A stretch of DNA of 64,000 nucleotides. Origin: Eledone cirrhosa (Eukaryota). The DNA lies in assembly GCA_964016885.1 (NCBI GenBank), contig OZ024743.1:337032001-337096000 (forward strand), written 5' to 3'. This document shows, one piece after another, positions 1 through 14,800 of this stretch (positions within the stretch are counted from its first letter, which is position 1; every line of letters begins with the position of its first letter). The notes under the pieces are model-generated. The model had not been told where the DNA came from, searched no databases, and saw nothing but the letters and a program-made list of their open reading frames with translations. A program made the position numbers and the translations under genes.

Positions 1-2683
1 ATCAAATTATAGGATAACGTTGTACCCTAAACTATAATATGACATATCAAACCATGACATAACATTGTACACTAAACTGTAATATAACATATCAAACTAT
101 AGGATAACATTGTACACTAAACTGTAATATAACATATCAAACCATGACATAACAGTATACACTAAACTGTAATATAACATATCAAACTATAGGATAACAT
201 TGTACAATAAACTGTAATATAACATATCAAACCATGACATAACAATGTACACTAAACTGTAATATAACATATCAAACTATAAGATAACATCGTACACTTA
301 ACTGTAATATAACATATTAAACCATGAGATAACATTGTACACTAAACTGTAATATAACATATCAAACTATAGGATAACACTGTACACTAAACTGTAATAT
401 AACATATCAAAGCATGACATAACATTGTATACTAAACTTTAATATAACATATCAAACTATAGGATATCCTTGTACACTAAACTGTATTATAACATATCAA
501 ACTATAAGATAACATTGTACACTAAACTGCAATATAACATATCAAACTATGAGATAACATTGTACACTAAACTATAATATAACATATCAAAATTTAGGAT
601 AACATTGTACAATAAACTGTAATATAACATATCAAACTATAAGATAACATTGTACACTAAACTGTAATATAACATATCAAACCATGACATAACATTGTAC
701 ACTAAACTGTAATATAACATATCAAACCATGAGATAACATTGTACACTAAACTATAATATAACATATCAAACCATGATATAACATTGTACACTAAACTGC
801 AATATAACATATCAAACTATAGGATAACATTGTACCCTAAACTGTAATATAACATATCAAACCATGACATAACATTGTACATTCAACTGTAATATAACAT
901 ATCAAACTATAGGATAACATTGTACACAAAACTATAATATACCATATCAAACTATAAGATAACATTGTACACTAAACTCTAATATAACGTATCAAATTAT
1001 AGGACAACATTGTACCCTAAACTTTAATATAACATATCAAACCATGACATAACATTGTACACTATACTGTAATATAACATGTCAAACTACAGGAAAACAT
1101 TGTACAATAAACTGTAATATACCATATCAAACTATAAGATAATATTGTACACTAAACTGCAATATAACATATCAAACAATGACATAACATTGTACACTAA
1201 ACTGTAATATAACATATCAAACTAGATGATAACATCGTACAATAAACTGTAATATAACATATCAAACTATACGATAACATTGTACACTAAACTGTAATAT
1301 AACATATCAAATTATAGGATAACATTGTACAATAAACTGTAATATAACATATCAAACTATAAGATAACATTGTACACTAAACGGTAATATAACATATCAA
1401 ACCATGACATAACATTGTACACTAATCTATAATATAACATATCAAACTATAGGATAACATTGTACACTAAACTGCAATATAACATGTCAAACCATGGCAT
1501 AACATTGTACACTATACTGTAATATAACATATCAAACTATTAGATAACATTGTACACTAAACTGTAATATAACATATCAAACCATGACATAACTTTGTAC
1601 ACTAAACTGTAATATAACATATCAAATTATAGGATAACATTGTACAATAAACTGTAATATAACTTATCAAACTATAAGATAACATTGTACACTAAACTCT
1701 AATATAACATATCAAACTATAAGATAACATTGTTCACTAAACTGTAATATAACATATCAAACTATAAGATAACATTGTACACTAAACTGTAATATAAAAT
1801 ATCAAACCATGTCATAACATTGTACACTAAACTGTAATATAACATATCAAACTATAGGATAACATTGTACACTAAACTATAATATAACATATCAAACCAT
1901 GACATAACATTGTACACTCAACTGTAATATAACTTATCAAACTATAAGATAACATTGTACAATAAACTGTAATATAACATATCAAACTATAAGATAACAT
2001 TGTACACTAAACTCTAATATAACATATCAAACTATAAGATAACATTGTACACTAAACTGTAATATAACATATCAAACTATAAGATAACATCGTACACTAA
2101 ACTGTAATATAACATATCAAACTATAATATAACATTGTACACTAAACTGTAATATAACATATCAAACTATAGGATAACATTGTACACTAAACTGTAATAT
2201 AACATATCAAACTATAGGATAATATTGTACACTAAACTATAATATAACATATCAAACCATGACATAACATTGTACACTCAACTGTAATATAACATATCAA
2301 ACTATAGGATAACATTGTACACTAAACTTTAACATAATATATCAAACTATAAGATAACATTGTTCACTAAACTGTAATATAACATATCAAACTATAAGAT
2401 AACATTGTACACTAAACTGTAATATCACATATCAAACCATGACAACATTGTACACTAATCTATAATATAACATATCACACTATAGGATAACATTGTACAC
2501 TAAACTGTAATATAACATATCTAAGCATGACATAACATTGTACATTAAACTGTAATATAACATATCTAAGCATGTCATAACATTGTACACTAAACTGTAA
2601 TATAACATATCAAACTATAGGATAACATTGTACACTAAACTATAATATAACATATCAAACTATTACATAACATTAAACACTAA
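1..2683. repeat. 45-bp AT-rich tandem satellite (runs off the left window edge)
   Basis: Unit AACATTGTACACTAAACTGTAATATAACATATCAAAC(TATAGGAT/CATGACAT/TATAAGAT) recurs at 61, 106, 151 and onward with period 45; roughly 59 copies. Confidence 0.97.
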
Positions 2684-3593
2684 ATTGCTGACTAACAACT
2701 GACTGAAGTAGTGGTATATGTTTCTAAAGTAGAAAGCCAAGGTACCAAAAGGATTATAGAATCATCATACCTATAATTGCACATTGCTCACTAAACTACT
2801 TACAAAATGGCGGTTCCGATGTCACCAGAAGTGGCTTGACACAGCCGGTTTCCCATCACATCTGTAGCCTGATAGACGGGAAAAGCCTTTTCTGGTTCTC
2901 GTGATACGACACGTTCTCCACCTCAACATGTGCCGCTTCAGCCACAAACACGAGCCCTCTTTCTTGAACCACAAATGAGAGGAAGATAGCCAATCACTGG
3001 AATTTGAATGATCGCTTCCTTTTCTTTTTTGCTGTCAAGACATCTGGTGTTTAGGGTCTCCGAATTGCCATTTCCTTTTGCAATATTGGATGGGTAGTAT
3101 ATCCTGTCCGATGAAGAATCCCCGTGACCTGCAGTGGCTAATGCAGCGAATGTTGCTCGTTGTTTTCTGCGGTATTGTCTTTGTTATTTCTTCAGCGAGG
3201 CGCAGCTGAGATATACTTCTTCGACTAGGGTGTAGAATCTGCAGGTTTCTTTCTTCTTCTCTCCACTTTCTTATTTCTTTCGTTATTTTTTTTTATTGCA
3301 AAAATTATATAATTTAATTGAAATTTGTTGCAAAGAGCTGTATAGTGGTCAATATATCTAAAACAGAATGCCAAGATACCAGAGGTATTATGGAATTATT
3401 TGAAATAATCATGATCATGCATCTCTTTCTTAATGTTTATAATTTCGATTCAAACTATTTCCAATTTCAGTAATGATGTTACAACAAGCATTTTGCCTTC
3501 TAATCTCAAGGTCCTATGTTATACGGTTGTTTTGCTAATAGTTATTCTCCAAAGTTATTCATTCATTAAATACTGCATGTCATTTAATTCTGC

Positions 3594-4375
3594 ATGGCTG
3601 GCGGGGGTAAAATCAGTCGGCTGGAAATTGCAGAGGACGTGGTGTTACTTAACTCGACGGATGATCTTCGACTTACACTTGAAAGGTTTGATGCCGAGTG
3701 CTGCATAGCTGGAATGAAAATCAGTGCTGCGAAAACTGAGACACTCGTTCTCCCAAGGAAACCTGCTGAGTGCACTCTACATATAAATGGAGTTCCACTG
3801 GAGCAGATACAGAAGTTCCAGTATCTAGGGGCCGCGTTCACGTGTGATGGAAGGCAGTAGGCTGAATTAAGTACAAGAATTGCGGGATCTGGTGCAGTAA
3901 TGTACCAGCTTCAACATTCAGTAATCAGAAGAAGGAAGGTAGGCGTAAAAGCTAAACTCGCTATTCGGTATTCGTGCCACTCCTTGGATAATGACCGAAA
4001 GAATACGACCGCAAATACAAGCGGCTGAAATGGGATTCCTCCGAAGGGTCTTTGGAGTAACTTACGCGATAAAGTGCGTAGCTCGGAGATCAGAGAGTCG
4101 TTCCATGTAGAGACGCTACTTCTCCGAATTGCGAGACCACAGCTCTGATACTATAAGTATGTGGTTAGAAGGTCTCAGGAAAGAATCACTGGGCAGATTT
4201 TTGCGGGAAAAACCAACCGACAGGTGACCCAGGTGTAGACTCCAAGCTAGGCGGCTGGTCACGCTTGAAGACACAGCCGGATTAGTTTGAGACGGTTGCT
4301 TGTGATAGGACTTGCTGGAAGGTGTGTTTGATGACTCTGCCCCTATAACCCTTTCAGGAATGATTTGGTGAAGAT
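3594..4375 (+). mobile_element. RTE-clade LINE, degraded 3' fragment (RT C-terminal half)
   Basis: AEDVVLL...GMKISAAKTE...EQIQKFQYLG resembles the RT5-7 region of RTE elements; followed by a degraded IQAAEMGFLRRV segment with stops and frameshifts. Confidence 0.8.
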
Positions 4376-5140
4376 GTTATTTGTACATATATGCAGGATA
4401 TTCATGTAATTATATTGTAGATATAAATTATTAAAATATTATTATGTTTAATCACTTCGATGTGTCAGTAATTAACATATACTATAAGGTTTCTCTTATG
4501 CAAACTATTAATTTATCAAAACGCAAATTTCCCAGTTTGTATGTTTGTTCATATATCAGGTAATCATGGTATGACATAGCAATGTTGGACTGGAAACATT
4601 AAATACGTTCAACGTTATTGCCTTCATTATTGACAACAGGGGTCCACTAGTTTATAATATTCTAATGATCATGCATTACTTTCTTATTGTATATAATTTC
4701 AATTCAATCAATTGTACAGCTTTCTACAAACAACTGCATTACATATCACAATATTTTTTTTTAAAGCAAAGCATTGGCCACTAAAATACTACAGTGGGCT
4801 TCTGAAATGCTACCGTGTGCTCGTTGGGGCCAACTTGCCATTGAGCAACCTGGCAACCTTGTCAGTCCGCCACTCTATATAGGCATTGGCCCTATTTTGT
4901 TGTGTGCGTAGCCGTATGTGTATATCCTAGAGTAATTTGTGGGGCGGCAATGTGATGTATATTCGCCGGTATTCAAGTGAGTATTTACGTGGGCACACAA
5001 GCAATTACGTATTCGTGTGTGTGTGTGTGTGGGCACGTTTTGTATTGGACATTCAATACACACACACACAGACACACACACACACATATTTATATATGGT
5101 AGTTCCGTCAACTTATTATACACACACACACACACGCACA

Positions 5141-5267
<127 letters not shown>

Positions 5268-5312
5268 TATACAATTATCAAAGTTGTGTTCAAATCATTT
5301 AATAGCTGACAA

Positions 5313-5855
5313 TGCATATGAATTGTTATCGCACTCTTCCTTTCTCAAAACTGCTTCCTCAATGCCGCTTTAATGTTGGGACTGTTCCCTTGTTTTAACT
5401 GTTACATGTATTCCACTCCGTGCTTTTGATTTTGATTTTGATTTTGATTTTAATTTAATTTTGATTTTAATTTGAATTTGAACTTGAATGCTTGTACAAT
5501 TATTGTACAATTCTCGTAAAATATATGTCGCATCCATTTCACCCTGTAAATACGAAACTGCTGCTCACAACATCAATTTATATGTATCTATAGTATTGTT
5601 CAGTTGAATAAGAGGTGAATTATATGTGCAAACATTGATAATGCTCCGATGACTCCAAACGAGAGTTTGGGAGAAACGATTGTCAGCTATTAAATGATTT
5701 GAACACAACTTTGATAATTGTATAATTTATTGATTTAACTGCTCTGCAAAACAATTGATGTTCATACATTGAGCTATTTCCCTTACTGGTAATAAGGTTA
5801 TTAAGAAATGACTGACCTTCCTGTTTGTGGTTGTTTATACTAAATACATAACTAC
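5313..5855 (+). repeat. 5' pseudo-LTR of PLE (direct repeat of 9373-9909)
   Basis: TGCATATGAATTGTTAT...ATACTAAATACATAACTAC is present twice with few substitutions. Confidence 0.92.
5643..5687 (+). ncRNA. Minimal type I hammerhead ribozyme motif (U4C core variant) in 5' pLTR
   Basis: GCT-CCGATGA-[CTCCAAAC GAGA GTTTGGGA]-GAAA-C GATT G-TC-AGC: stem I GCT/AGC, GNRA-capped stem II, GUC site. Confidence 0.8.
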
Positions 5856-8800
5856 AAATAGTATTATTATTTACTGCTCCATATAGTTGAGCTAACATAC
5901 ATTAAATTACCAGTATGCTTATCAAAGATCACCCTCCTATGTCTACTAAGAACATACCAATGCCACCTAAGGATACATATGAAAAATTATTGATCAATAG
6001 TGTCAACTCTTTTATCAATAGAGTGAGATGGAGGACATTCCATTACGATAGAAAACGTTCAGACAAAACAGGGATACCAACAATTTCAACAATTACGGCT
6101 TTAAAACATTTAAAAGCCCTCCCCACAACACATTATTAAGCTCCTTTGAAGATGATCTAATTAAACTAGTTAAGAACATAAAATACAAAAAAAAAACATT
6201 ATAATAGAAACAACACCTTCTTAAACTACTTTAACTCCACTATTAAAGGATTTAATGAAAATAGAAAAATCATAGTGCATGCAGATAAAAGTAATAATAT
6301 ATATAGCTTAGATTACGATACTTATAGAAAATGTTATATATAAGGAACTGCACAGGAGCTACAAGAAAACTACTACTAAAAACCTGGAAGATATAAATAT
6401 TAAAGCTGTAATATAGTGAGTAAATTAGGACTTCAGAGACATACACAGCCATACACCCCTAATCCCCCAAGATTCTCTCTGAAGGACCATAAGGAAGACT
6501 TCATTAGTAACCCTTCAATTAGACTGATTTGCCCTTCCAAGTCTGACATTGGTATTATCAGCAAGAAAATATTAGATAAAATCATCCCACAATTTAAGCA
6601 CAAAATTTACCTTAACCAATGGGGAAATACGGGCGAGGTTATTGAATGGTTCAAGTGTATTAAAGAGTATAAAAATAAAAAATGTATACAATTTGATATC
6701 AATTCATACAACACCTCTGTTTCCCCTATCCTATTAAATGAGGCTCTAATTATGGCCATGAACAATAGTGACCTGACTAGATCCCAAATTGATGTCATAC
6801 TTGCGGCCCGAAAAACCATAATTTCTTTTGAAGATCAATTATGGACCCGCAAGGATACGCATAACAACTTTGACATAACCATGGGATCTAGTGACTCGGC
6901 GCAGGTCACCGATTTGGTGGGCCTATACCTACTTAATGAAATCCACAAGAACCTACCTCAACGTTGGTTTATACCGCGATGATGTGCTTCTTCTTATAGA
7001 CTATAAAAATTTTAATATAGAAAAAACTAGGAAACAGTTACACAAAGTTTTCAAAAACTACAACTTAAGTATCATCTTAGATAAAAACACTAAAAACGTC
7101 AACTTCCTTGACGCTACCCTTAGCCTAGACTCTAGAGTATACACACCCTATCATAAGCCTAACGAAAAACTAATGTATGTGAACACCAACTCTAACCACC
7201 CTAAATCCATATTAAACTCCATTACCAAAGGAATATCTAATAGAATCTCTAATCTATCATATAATGAAACTATATTCAACAATAATTCACAATACTATAA
7301 TGAGGCCTTAGCTAAATCAGGACATAAGAATGAGATTGAATTCCTACCTATAAAATCACATAGTTACAACATTATTTCTCATAATAAGGCCATGAGGGAA
7401 AATAGTAAAAACAATAGCCACTATAACTCTAAGAATAAGACTGATACCAAACTTAACTCGCACCAAAGTAAACACCACAATAATAATACAAACAGGAATA
7501 TAAATACCTAAAAAAACAATACTATAAACAAAAGTAGAAGGAGAACTAATAAATTCATTAATCCCCCTTTCAATCTAAACGTCTCTACCAACTTGCCTAA
7601 GGCTTTCTTCTCAATCTTAGAAAAAAACTTCCCAACCGGCCACAAGTACCATAGCCTTATCAATAAAAATACAATTAAAATATCGTACTCCACCACACCT
7701 AACATAGCATACCATATAGCTAGTAGTAATAAAAGGAAGATTAATAGCTATTTCCAACTAATTAAAACCCAACAGGAGGTAAACTTAGTACCTGTAAACA
7801 ATGGTAGTAATAATGGTAATAATGATAATAGCACTAATGAAATCAATAACAATACGAATGATAGGCATCATTAGCCTAATGCTACCCCTAGCAACCAGAA
7901 TTCTTCACAACATAGGAACCGGCAAGCTAACACCCAGAATAAATGTAACTGTAGAACTAATAGAACTTGCCCCTTAGGTAATAATTGCTTAACCAAAGAC
8001 ATCATCTACTCATGCACCGTCAACGCAAACAACTCTTTTAAAACATATATAGGTTCTACTTCGAACAACTTCAAGACGAGATACAACTCGCACCTCTACT
8101 CTTTCAAAAACACAATCTAGCCAGCTCCACTTCTTTATCTAGCTACATACACTCTCTGAAAACTAGGAATAGACCATTTACACTGCAATGGGAAGTAGTA
8201 TATAGGGCCTCATCGTATAAACCACCGAATAAATTGTGTAATCTCTGCCTTCTGGAGACCTATACTATAATCTTTTCGAAACTAAACCTCCTTAATAGAA
8301 AGTCAGAGACATTTTCCTCGTGCCAACACCGGTACCGACACTCGTTCCATAACTTTAAACCTAGCCGTTAGTATACAACAATGTCAGATTTGAATCCCCC
8401 ACCACCATTAACACTACACATCTAGGACTTAGCAGCACCCACAACCACAAACCCTTCGACCAACTCTTTCCGCTACACAACTCCTATTCATCTATAACCT
8501 TATGCTCTGCAATAACAGTTAGAATTAGACATAGAGTTACCACCTTGTGATATAACTACAATAGATTAATTATATCATATGCAGTAATTGATATTTGGCA
8601 CTTGGTATGTAGAGATATTTAATGAAATATATGATGATGGACTATATGTGCATTTATGGTTGCATAAGTAAATGATTAAATTGCACAACATAATATATGC
8701 ACTTATAATTAAATATAAAATGTGATAGCATTCTATGTTAGGGATGATGTTATTGCACATGTAGCATATCTATTATGACATATTAACAGCTGTATGATCC

Positions 8801-9372
8801 TTCATGACATATACCTTGTCCAGGAATGAATAGATAACAATCTAAAGAAACCTTTAATGTATGATAGTAGAATACACTATATTGTAAAATCAGGCATAAA
8901 TATACAGGGTTATGTAACAGAGATCCAATGGTATCACATTATATTGTGTATTAGAACAAAGAATTTTAATAACTGAACTGAACTTAATTAGCTAGTTACC
9001 TCTCCTTACGCATTAGCTCCCTTTATTCACTTCCGTAAATTAACGATTGAAAATTTAACGGTTGATCAAATATAGTCTATGAATATGAATTCATTAAGAC
9101 TAATTTACAATCCATTGCTCTAACAAACTTAAAAGACTCAATATAAACACCAACTAAAGTTTATTTCAACATATGTCATAGAAAAGTCTGCAAAAACTGT
9201 GTTTCTCAACACACATTAATTCGAACACCATAAGCATCCAACACCCACCATAGACTCTAATACATTAACACAATTGCTTTAACTGCAGTATTTATTCATC
9301 TATATATGCGTAATAGCTTTGCTTGTCTCCTTCTCATGTATATGACTTACGCAGTCACAATATCCACACGCC

Positions 9373-9909
9373 TGCATATGAATTGTTATTGCACTATTCC
9401 TTTCTCAAAACTGCTTCCTCAATGCCTCTTTAATGTTTGGACTGTTCCCTTGTTTTAACTGTTGCATGTATTCCACTCCGTGCTTTTGATTTTGATTTTG
9501 ATTTTAATTTAATTTTGATTTTAATTTGAATTTGAACTTGAATGCTTGTACAATTATTGTACAATTCTCGTAAAATATATGTCGCATCCATTCCACCCTG
9601 TAAATACGAAACTGTTGCTCACAACATCAATTTATATGTATCTATATTATTGTTCAGTTGAATAAGAGGTGAATTATATGTGCAAACATTGATAATGCTC
9701 CGATGACTCCAAACGAGAGTTTGGAAGAAACGATTGTCAGCTATTAAATGATTTGAACACAACTTTGATAATTGTATAATTTATTGATTTAACTGCTCTG
9801 CAAAACAATTGATGTTCATACATTGAGCTATTTCCCTTACTGGTAATAAGGTTATTAAGAAATTACTGACCTTCCTGTTTGTGGTTGTTTATACTAAATA
9901 CATAACTAC
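9373..9909 (+). repeat. 3' pseudo-LTR of PLE with second hammerhead copy at 9697-9741
   Basis: Direct repeat of 5313-5855, including CCGATGA...GAAACGATTGTCAGC. Confidence 0.9.
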
Positions 9910-9910
9910 G

Positions 9911-10091
9911 CGGTGAATTGGCAGTATCGGTAGAGGGTTGGACGCGATGCTTTCTAGCATAGTTACATCCCTTTACAGTCTGAGTTCAAATCCCGCCGAG
10001 GTTAACTTTGCCTTTCATCTTTACGGGGTCGATAAAATAAAGTACCAGTAATGTACTGGGTAATTGCTGGCCTTGTGCCTAAAGTAGAAAC

Positions 10092-10096
<5 letters not shown>
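9911..10096 (+). mobile_element. tRNA-derived SINE (Meta-domain-like core)
   Basis: A-box-like TGGCAGTATCGG, B-box GAGTTCAAATCC, core GCCTTTCATC...GGGGTCGATAAAATAAAGTACCAG, tail GCTGGCCTTGTGCCTAAAGTAGAAACAATT; many copies in the window. Confidence 0.9.
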
Positions 10097-10180
<84 letters not shown>

Positions 10181-10181
<1 letters not shown>

Positions 10182-11426
10182 TAGCAGCATGAGTGCCTGT
10201 TAAAAACTCACAAGTATCATAGCAGTAAGGCGTAGGCTACTTACCTCAAAAGTTCATTCGCACTCTTTCCACTAAGTTACTCTTTCTCTCTATCTCTCAG
10301 CACCTCCAATGAGAAACGTTTATTTGTGAGTGCCAGTTAAAAACTCACGAAAATATACCGACAGGAAACTTGTTTTATTTGGAGAAAATTAAGAAGTTGA
10401 AAGTATAGTTTAGCTCTCTACATGCATTGTTCATAGAAATATTGTTGAGCCCTTTCTTTTAATATCCTCTGTTTTGGCCTATTGGAGTAAATGTGAAAGA
10501 GAAAGTCACAGGTTAAGTTGGCAGAAGGTTCCAGTGTCATAGCAGTAAGGCGTAGGCTACTTACCTCAAAAGTTCATTCGCACTCTTTCCACTAAGTTAC
10601 TCTTTCTCTCTATCCCTCTCAGTGCAGTCCCTTGAGAATTTCTCACGTAGGCCTGGTGTAGATTTGCACCCAATCCATCTGCCCGATGCACATGTCCGCT
10701 TTGTACGGCTTTTGGAGGAAGGAGTGACCAGCAGTAGGTTGTTCGGTATTATTACGAAAAGGTGTAGCAGATAATCCCGCGTGAACTAAAAGCTCAGGAG
10801 GAAACTGCTTACCTCGAAGATTCATTTGCCATCGTTCTTGTCAACGCTCCGTTTAGCTGGTATTTGTTGGTCTACAGTTAGATGAATGGCGCACAAAGGG
10901 TTAATGTTTATTGGCAAGAAGTGCAACTAGGCTGGCTTGCCTCGCTTATATTATATATATTAAAATAACAGATTAAAGTTTAAGCAAAGAATCGCTGCTT
11001 TCACCCTTAACGGGATCTTCTGAAACTAAATAAATCAATCTGTGAACGCAGAAGTAAATATTTCGAAAATTGTTGCAACCGAAGGAAAGCAGGAAGACGA
11101 TACTTTGGTTCGTGAAGACGTTCCCTGGCAATGAACGGAAAATAGCGAACATAATATGTCATCAATGTTTGTCAGAATGTCGTAATGCAGACAGCCGGGC
11201 ATACAGACAGATATTATAAGGGCGCGACGGAGAGGGATAACCGGCACCTAACACCCCTTTAACAACGGAAAATTGAAAAATAAAAGTTGCAGTTAATATC
11301 TTTAGACCACAAGGAATATATAAATGCAAGTTTGAAGTCAATCGGAGTAGAAATGTGGATTTGTATAGACTTTGCAAAAATGAGGACACACACACAGACA
11401 ACTACAGTTTTATATATATGTATAGA
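10181..11426 (-). mobile_element. Non-autonomous Helitron-like element with nested insertion
   Basis: Minus-strand 5' TCTATACATATATATAAAACTGTAGTTGTCTGTGTGTG and 3' CTAG next to (TA)n. Internal ~85-bp duplication (10217-10300 and 10537-10620). The 3' hairpin is not evident. Confidence 0.5.
10950..11250 (-). mobile_element. PLE pseudo-LTR remnant with degenerate minimal hammerhead (10985-11030)
   Basis: Minus strand reads CAGAAGA-TCCC GTTAA GGGT-GAAA-GCAGC, followed by an AT-rich tail ending in (TA)n. Confidence 0.45.
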
Positions 11427-11756
11427 TATCACATAATAAACGGAGAATCAGTGGTGAGACGAATTAAAATTTATTAGACATATTACAATCGTTTCTCTGA
11501 CGACCAACACGAGGCACGATCGATGCGATGATCGAACCTGGCTCTGAAGTCGCAAGATCCTCAGATATGTCTCGATTTTTTGAGTTGGAAACTCTGCTTC
11601 GAAAAATCGAGACATATCTGAGGATCTTGCGACTTCAGAGTCAGGTTCGATCATCGCATCGATCGTGCCTCGAGTTGGTCGCCGGAGAAACGATTGTAAT
11701 ATGTCTAATAAATTTTAATTCGTCGCACCACTGATTCTCCGTTTCTTATGTGATAT
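11426..11756. repeat. ~330-bp near-perfect palindrome made of two head-to-head hammerhead-containing PLE ends
   Basis: Arms are reverse complements (the ORF track gives near-identical peptides on both strands); centre ~11591. Confidence 0.95.
11610..11706 (+). ncRNA. Type I hammerhead ribozyme motif with extended stem II (mirror copy on minus strand ~11476-11572)
   Basis: AGACATAT-CTGAGGA-[TCTTGCGAC...GTCGCCGGA]-GAAA-C GATT G-TA-ATATGTCT: perfect 8-bp stem I, GUA site, AATAAA immediately downstream. Confidence 0.88.
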
Positions 11757-11829
11757 TATACTCTGGTCTGTAAGTGCATCGAGTGCTCAAATAGCCTACC
11801 GCATACGGACGCTTTATGCATCCCACACC

Positions 11830-11860
<31 letters not shown>

Positions 11861-14800
11861 CTAGCAGAAGTACCCGGCGTTGCTCAGGTGTAAGTCGACC
11901 CTTGCTCTGTTGTTAAAATGTGTGAAAGTTACTTCCCGCGCATCACAGGTGCAAAAACCTTCGAACCTCAAGGAAAAAAACAGAGGTTAGTAGACTCAGG
12001 TGTGTAATTGAGCATAAATAATGGATCAATTGTAGGTTCACGGTGTATCGTTGAAATTGTTCTTTGCACGACTGACGGAAGTCAAATTCACTTGAAATTC
12101 ACTTCAAAAACCAGGGGGGGGGGGGGGGGGAGGGGGGAGTCGATTTTTATCAGAGTTTTTCTTTTTTACAATTTTCGCGCTGACATGTGCAGAAGAAGAA
12201 ATAAAAAGGACTTTATCTGAACCGCGGCATAATGGCGAGTCTTTTGCGATAGTTTTCAAGAAAATCGAACGTTCCTGTAAAAAGTTTTCCCATGTGCAAC
12301 TTTGCCATGTTTTTTACGCAAAGGCGAACCCCCGCTTCAGTTTTATTGATTTTTTTACATGAATGCGTGACCTCTGAAGTAGATTTGAGTAGCTAGAAAC
12401 CTGTTCCGGTAAATTTGCTATAGGTGAAAAGTTGATCAAAATTGTGTCTAGGGTTATTGCCCTTTGCAAGAGCCGCAACGTGTCTTCAAGTGTGGTTTGT
12501 TAATCTGTTGTGGAACAAAATCGACTTTCGTCAAATCGGACCGAGGAAACAATGCTTCCATTTGTCTTTCTAGCTGGTGTACCCGGTTACACTCGGGGTT
12601 ATAAGGTGCTGGATTTAAACGGATCTGCGCTAAATTCCAACAGGATGCTTTAACCGAAATAAATGAAGAACAAACGTTTCTTTTTGTGCTCCAATCTGTG
12701 ATACTGGTATTTTGAAAAAATAGTCCACAAACATCCATGGAGCATGTGTAACGCATGTATCAGGTTATGAGAAAAAGGGTTTTCGATTCTCCATTCATAA
12801 GATACCCAAAAATTGCACGCAAATAAACCGGGATTTTAAGGCACTGCCCAATTCATAGCTGAAAGGTAAGAATCAAGTGGAATAATGTTTTGCGACATTG
12901 TCAAATGTACAACCGTACAAAGGCAAAGGATATAGCCATTGAAATCTAGGTAGACCAAAGAATTTGGTGGGGTTGTATATCAGAGGATTGTTTTCCTTGT
13001 GATTCGCGTCTAGCCTACAAAGTGAAGTTAGATGATTGTAGTCGGTGTTGTATCAATAAAAAATAAAAGCATACGGAAGACTGAACATTTACGAATTAAG
13101 TGAAAATCACGTTGATATTCCTATCGGAGCAACATGTGCCGAAAAACCTGACGGACTGTTGTGTCAGTATTGAAATCGTAGAAATTGCGAATCCCACCTT
13201 GGAGGTGAAGAGGAAGGATTTGGTACAATTGTTTTGCTGAACATGTTGAACATTAATTTAAATAGACTTACGCAGTATCATCGTGCGGTTTTGTTGTTTA
13301 TGGCCTAGAATGAGGGACGGTTAAACGCGGCAGAAATATAACCCATGCTGATGATGTTTAGGGGCGTCGCAGGGAATAGATGCGGCGTTGTGAGTCAATT
13401 GTGAGGACAGTGGAAGGCACGCTGATCGCTTGAGAAGACGCGATGCTACACAGGATGCTTCTCGGCCATAATTGATAGAAAGGCATGTCAAGAGAAATCA
13501 AAGAGTTGCTATTCATCCTTTGCTTAGCATGATGAACATGTAATTAAAAAGATTTAGCATGGACTATCGTGCACGTTGGTATTGTGTTTAGCCTGCGAAA
13601 ATCGGTGGTCAAATGGGGCAACAATAAGCGATGCCGATGACGTTTAAGCGGGTGGCAAGGAATTGATGCGGCATAGATAGCCATGGGAGTCTTGAAGGAG
13701 CACGGCGGTCAGGCAAAAGAAAGGTCCGAGGAGGGGATGGTGGCTGACAGTGCATGGATGCGGCATCCTGAGGCATGACGATGCAGTGGGACAACGGCCA
13801 GCAGGCAAGGAAGAGGGCAGGGGTGGACGGTGGCAAGGATGCCGCATGGTGAGCCATGGCAGTCTTGAAGGAGCACTGCAGGCAGGCAAAAGAAAGGGTC
13901 GAGGAGGGGATGGCGGCTGACAGAGCATTGATGCGGCATGGTGATGCATGACAATGCAATGGGACGACGACGTGCAGGGAACGGAGAGGGCAGGGGTTGA
14001 CGGTGACAGGGATGCGACTTGGTCCCTCAAGACTGCCATACCTAGGCAGTGGAAAGGGTCGGGGAGTGGATGGCGGCTGACAGGACAGGGATGCAACATG
14101 ATGAGGCATGACGAAAGGGCAGGGTGCATGGCGGCTGACAGGGCGTGGATGCGGCATGCCAATTGAGTTGCACCTCGGGAGTGTAGAGAGCACCGGGAGG
14201 CACGATGATTGTTTGAGAAAACCGGGTGCAAGGCAGGATGTTTATCGGCCATACATGATCGGTAGGCTTTGGAGGAGAAAGGGATGAATTTTTGTTTAAT
14301 TTTGTTAAATATGGTCAAAATGAACGTAAAAAGACTTACACAGGATCGTCTTCATGTTCGGTGCTATCTTTGGTCTGAGATAATGGGCAGTTATGTGCGG
14401 CGCAGGAATAAACCATGCTGATGACATTTAAGCAAGTTTCTGACAGGGCAGGAATGCCGCATGGTGAGCCATGGCAGTCGTGAGGGACCAAGGCATGCGG
14501 GCAAGGGAGAGGGCAGTGGTTGACGGTGGCAGGGATGCGGCTTGGTTAGGCATGGCAGTCTTGAAGGAACACGGCGGGCAGGCAAAATAAACGGCTGAGG
14601 AGGGGGTGGCGGCTGACAGATCATGGATGCGGCATGGTGAGGCATAACGATGCAGTGGGTCGACGGCGTGCAGGGAAGGGAGATGGCCGGGATTGACGGT
14701 TGCAGGGATTCCGCATGGTGAGCCATGACACCCGTGAAGGACCAAGACGTGCGGGTAAGGGAGAGGGAAGGGGAGGGCATGGCGGCTGACAGAGCATGGA

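Noticed and set aside
1-2683. CRISPR-like or coding interpretation of the regular repeat
   Set aside because: Units are contiguous with no unique spacers, the context is eukaryotic, and stops recur in the candidate frame.
2700-3358. Possible exon or promoter (AAAATGGCGG motif at ~2804; minus-strand acceptor at 3359 and donor at 2803)
   Set aside because: The plus-strand ATG closes after 10 codons and minus-strand frames give no recognisable protein; it cannot be supported without transcript data.
11625-11686. SECIS element in the hammerhead stem II insert
   Set aside because: It lacks the AUGA...GA quartet and apical AA, and no associated ORF with in-frame TGA at Cys positions was seen.
11448-11734. 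Pair of near-identical 68-aa ORFs on opposite strands
   Set aside because: A by-product of the palindrome; the sequence is better explained as hammerhead-containing PLE ends.
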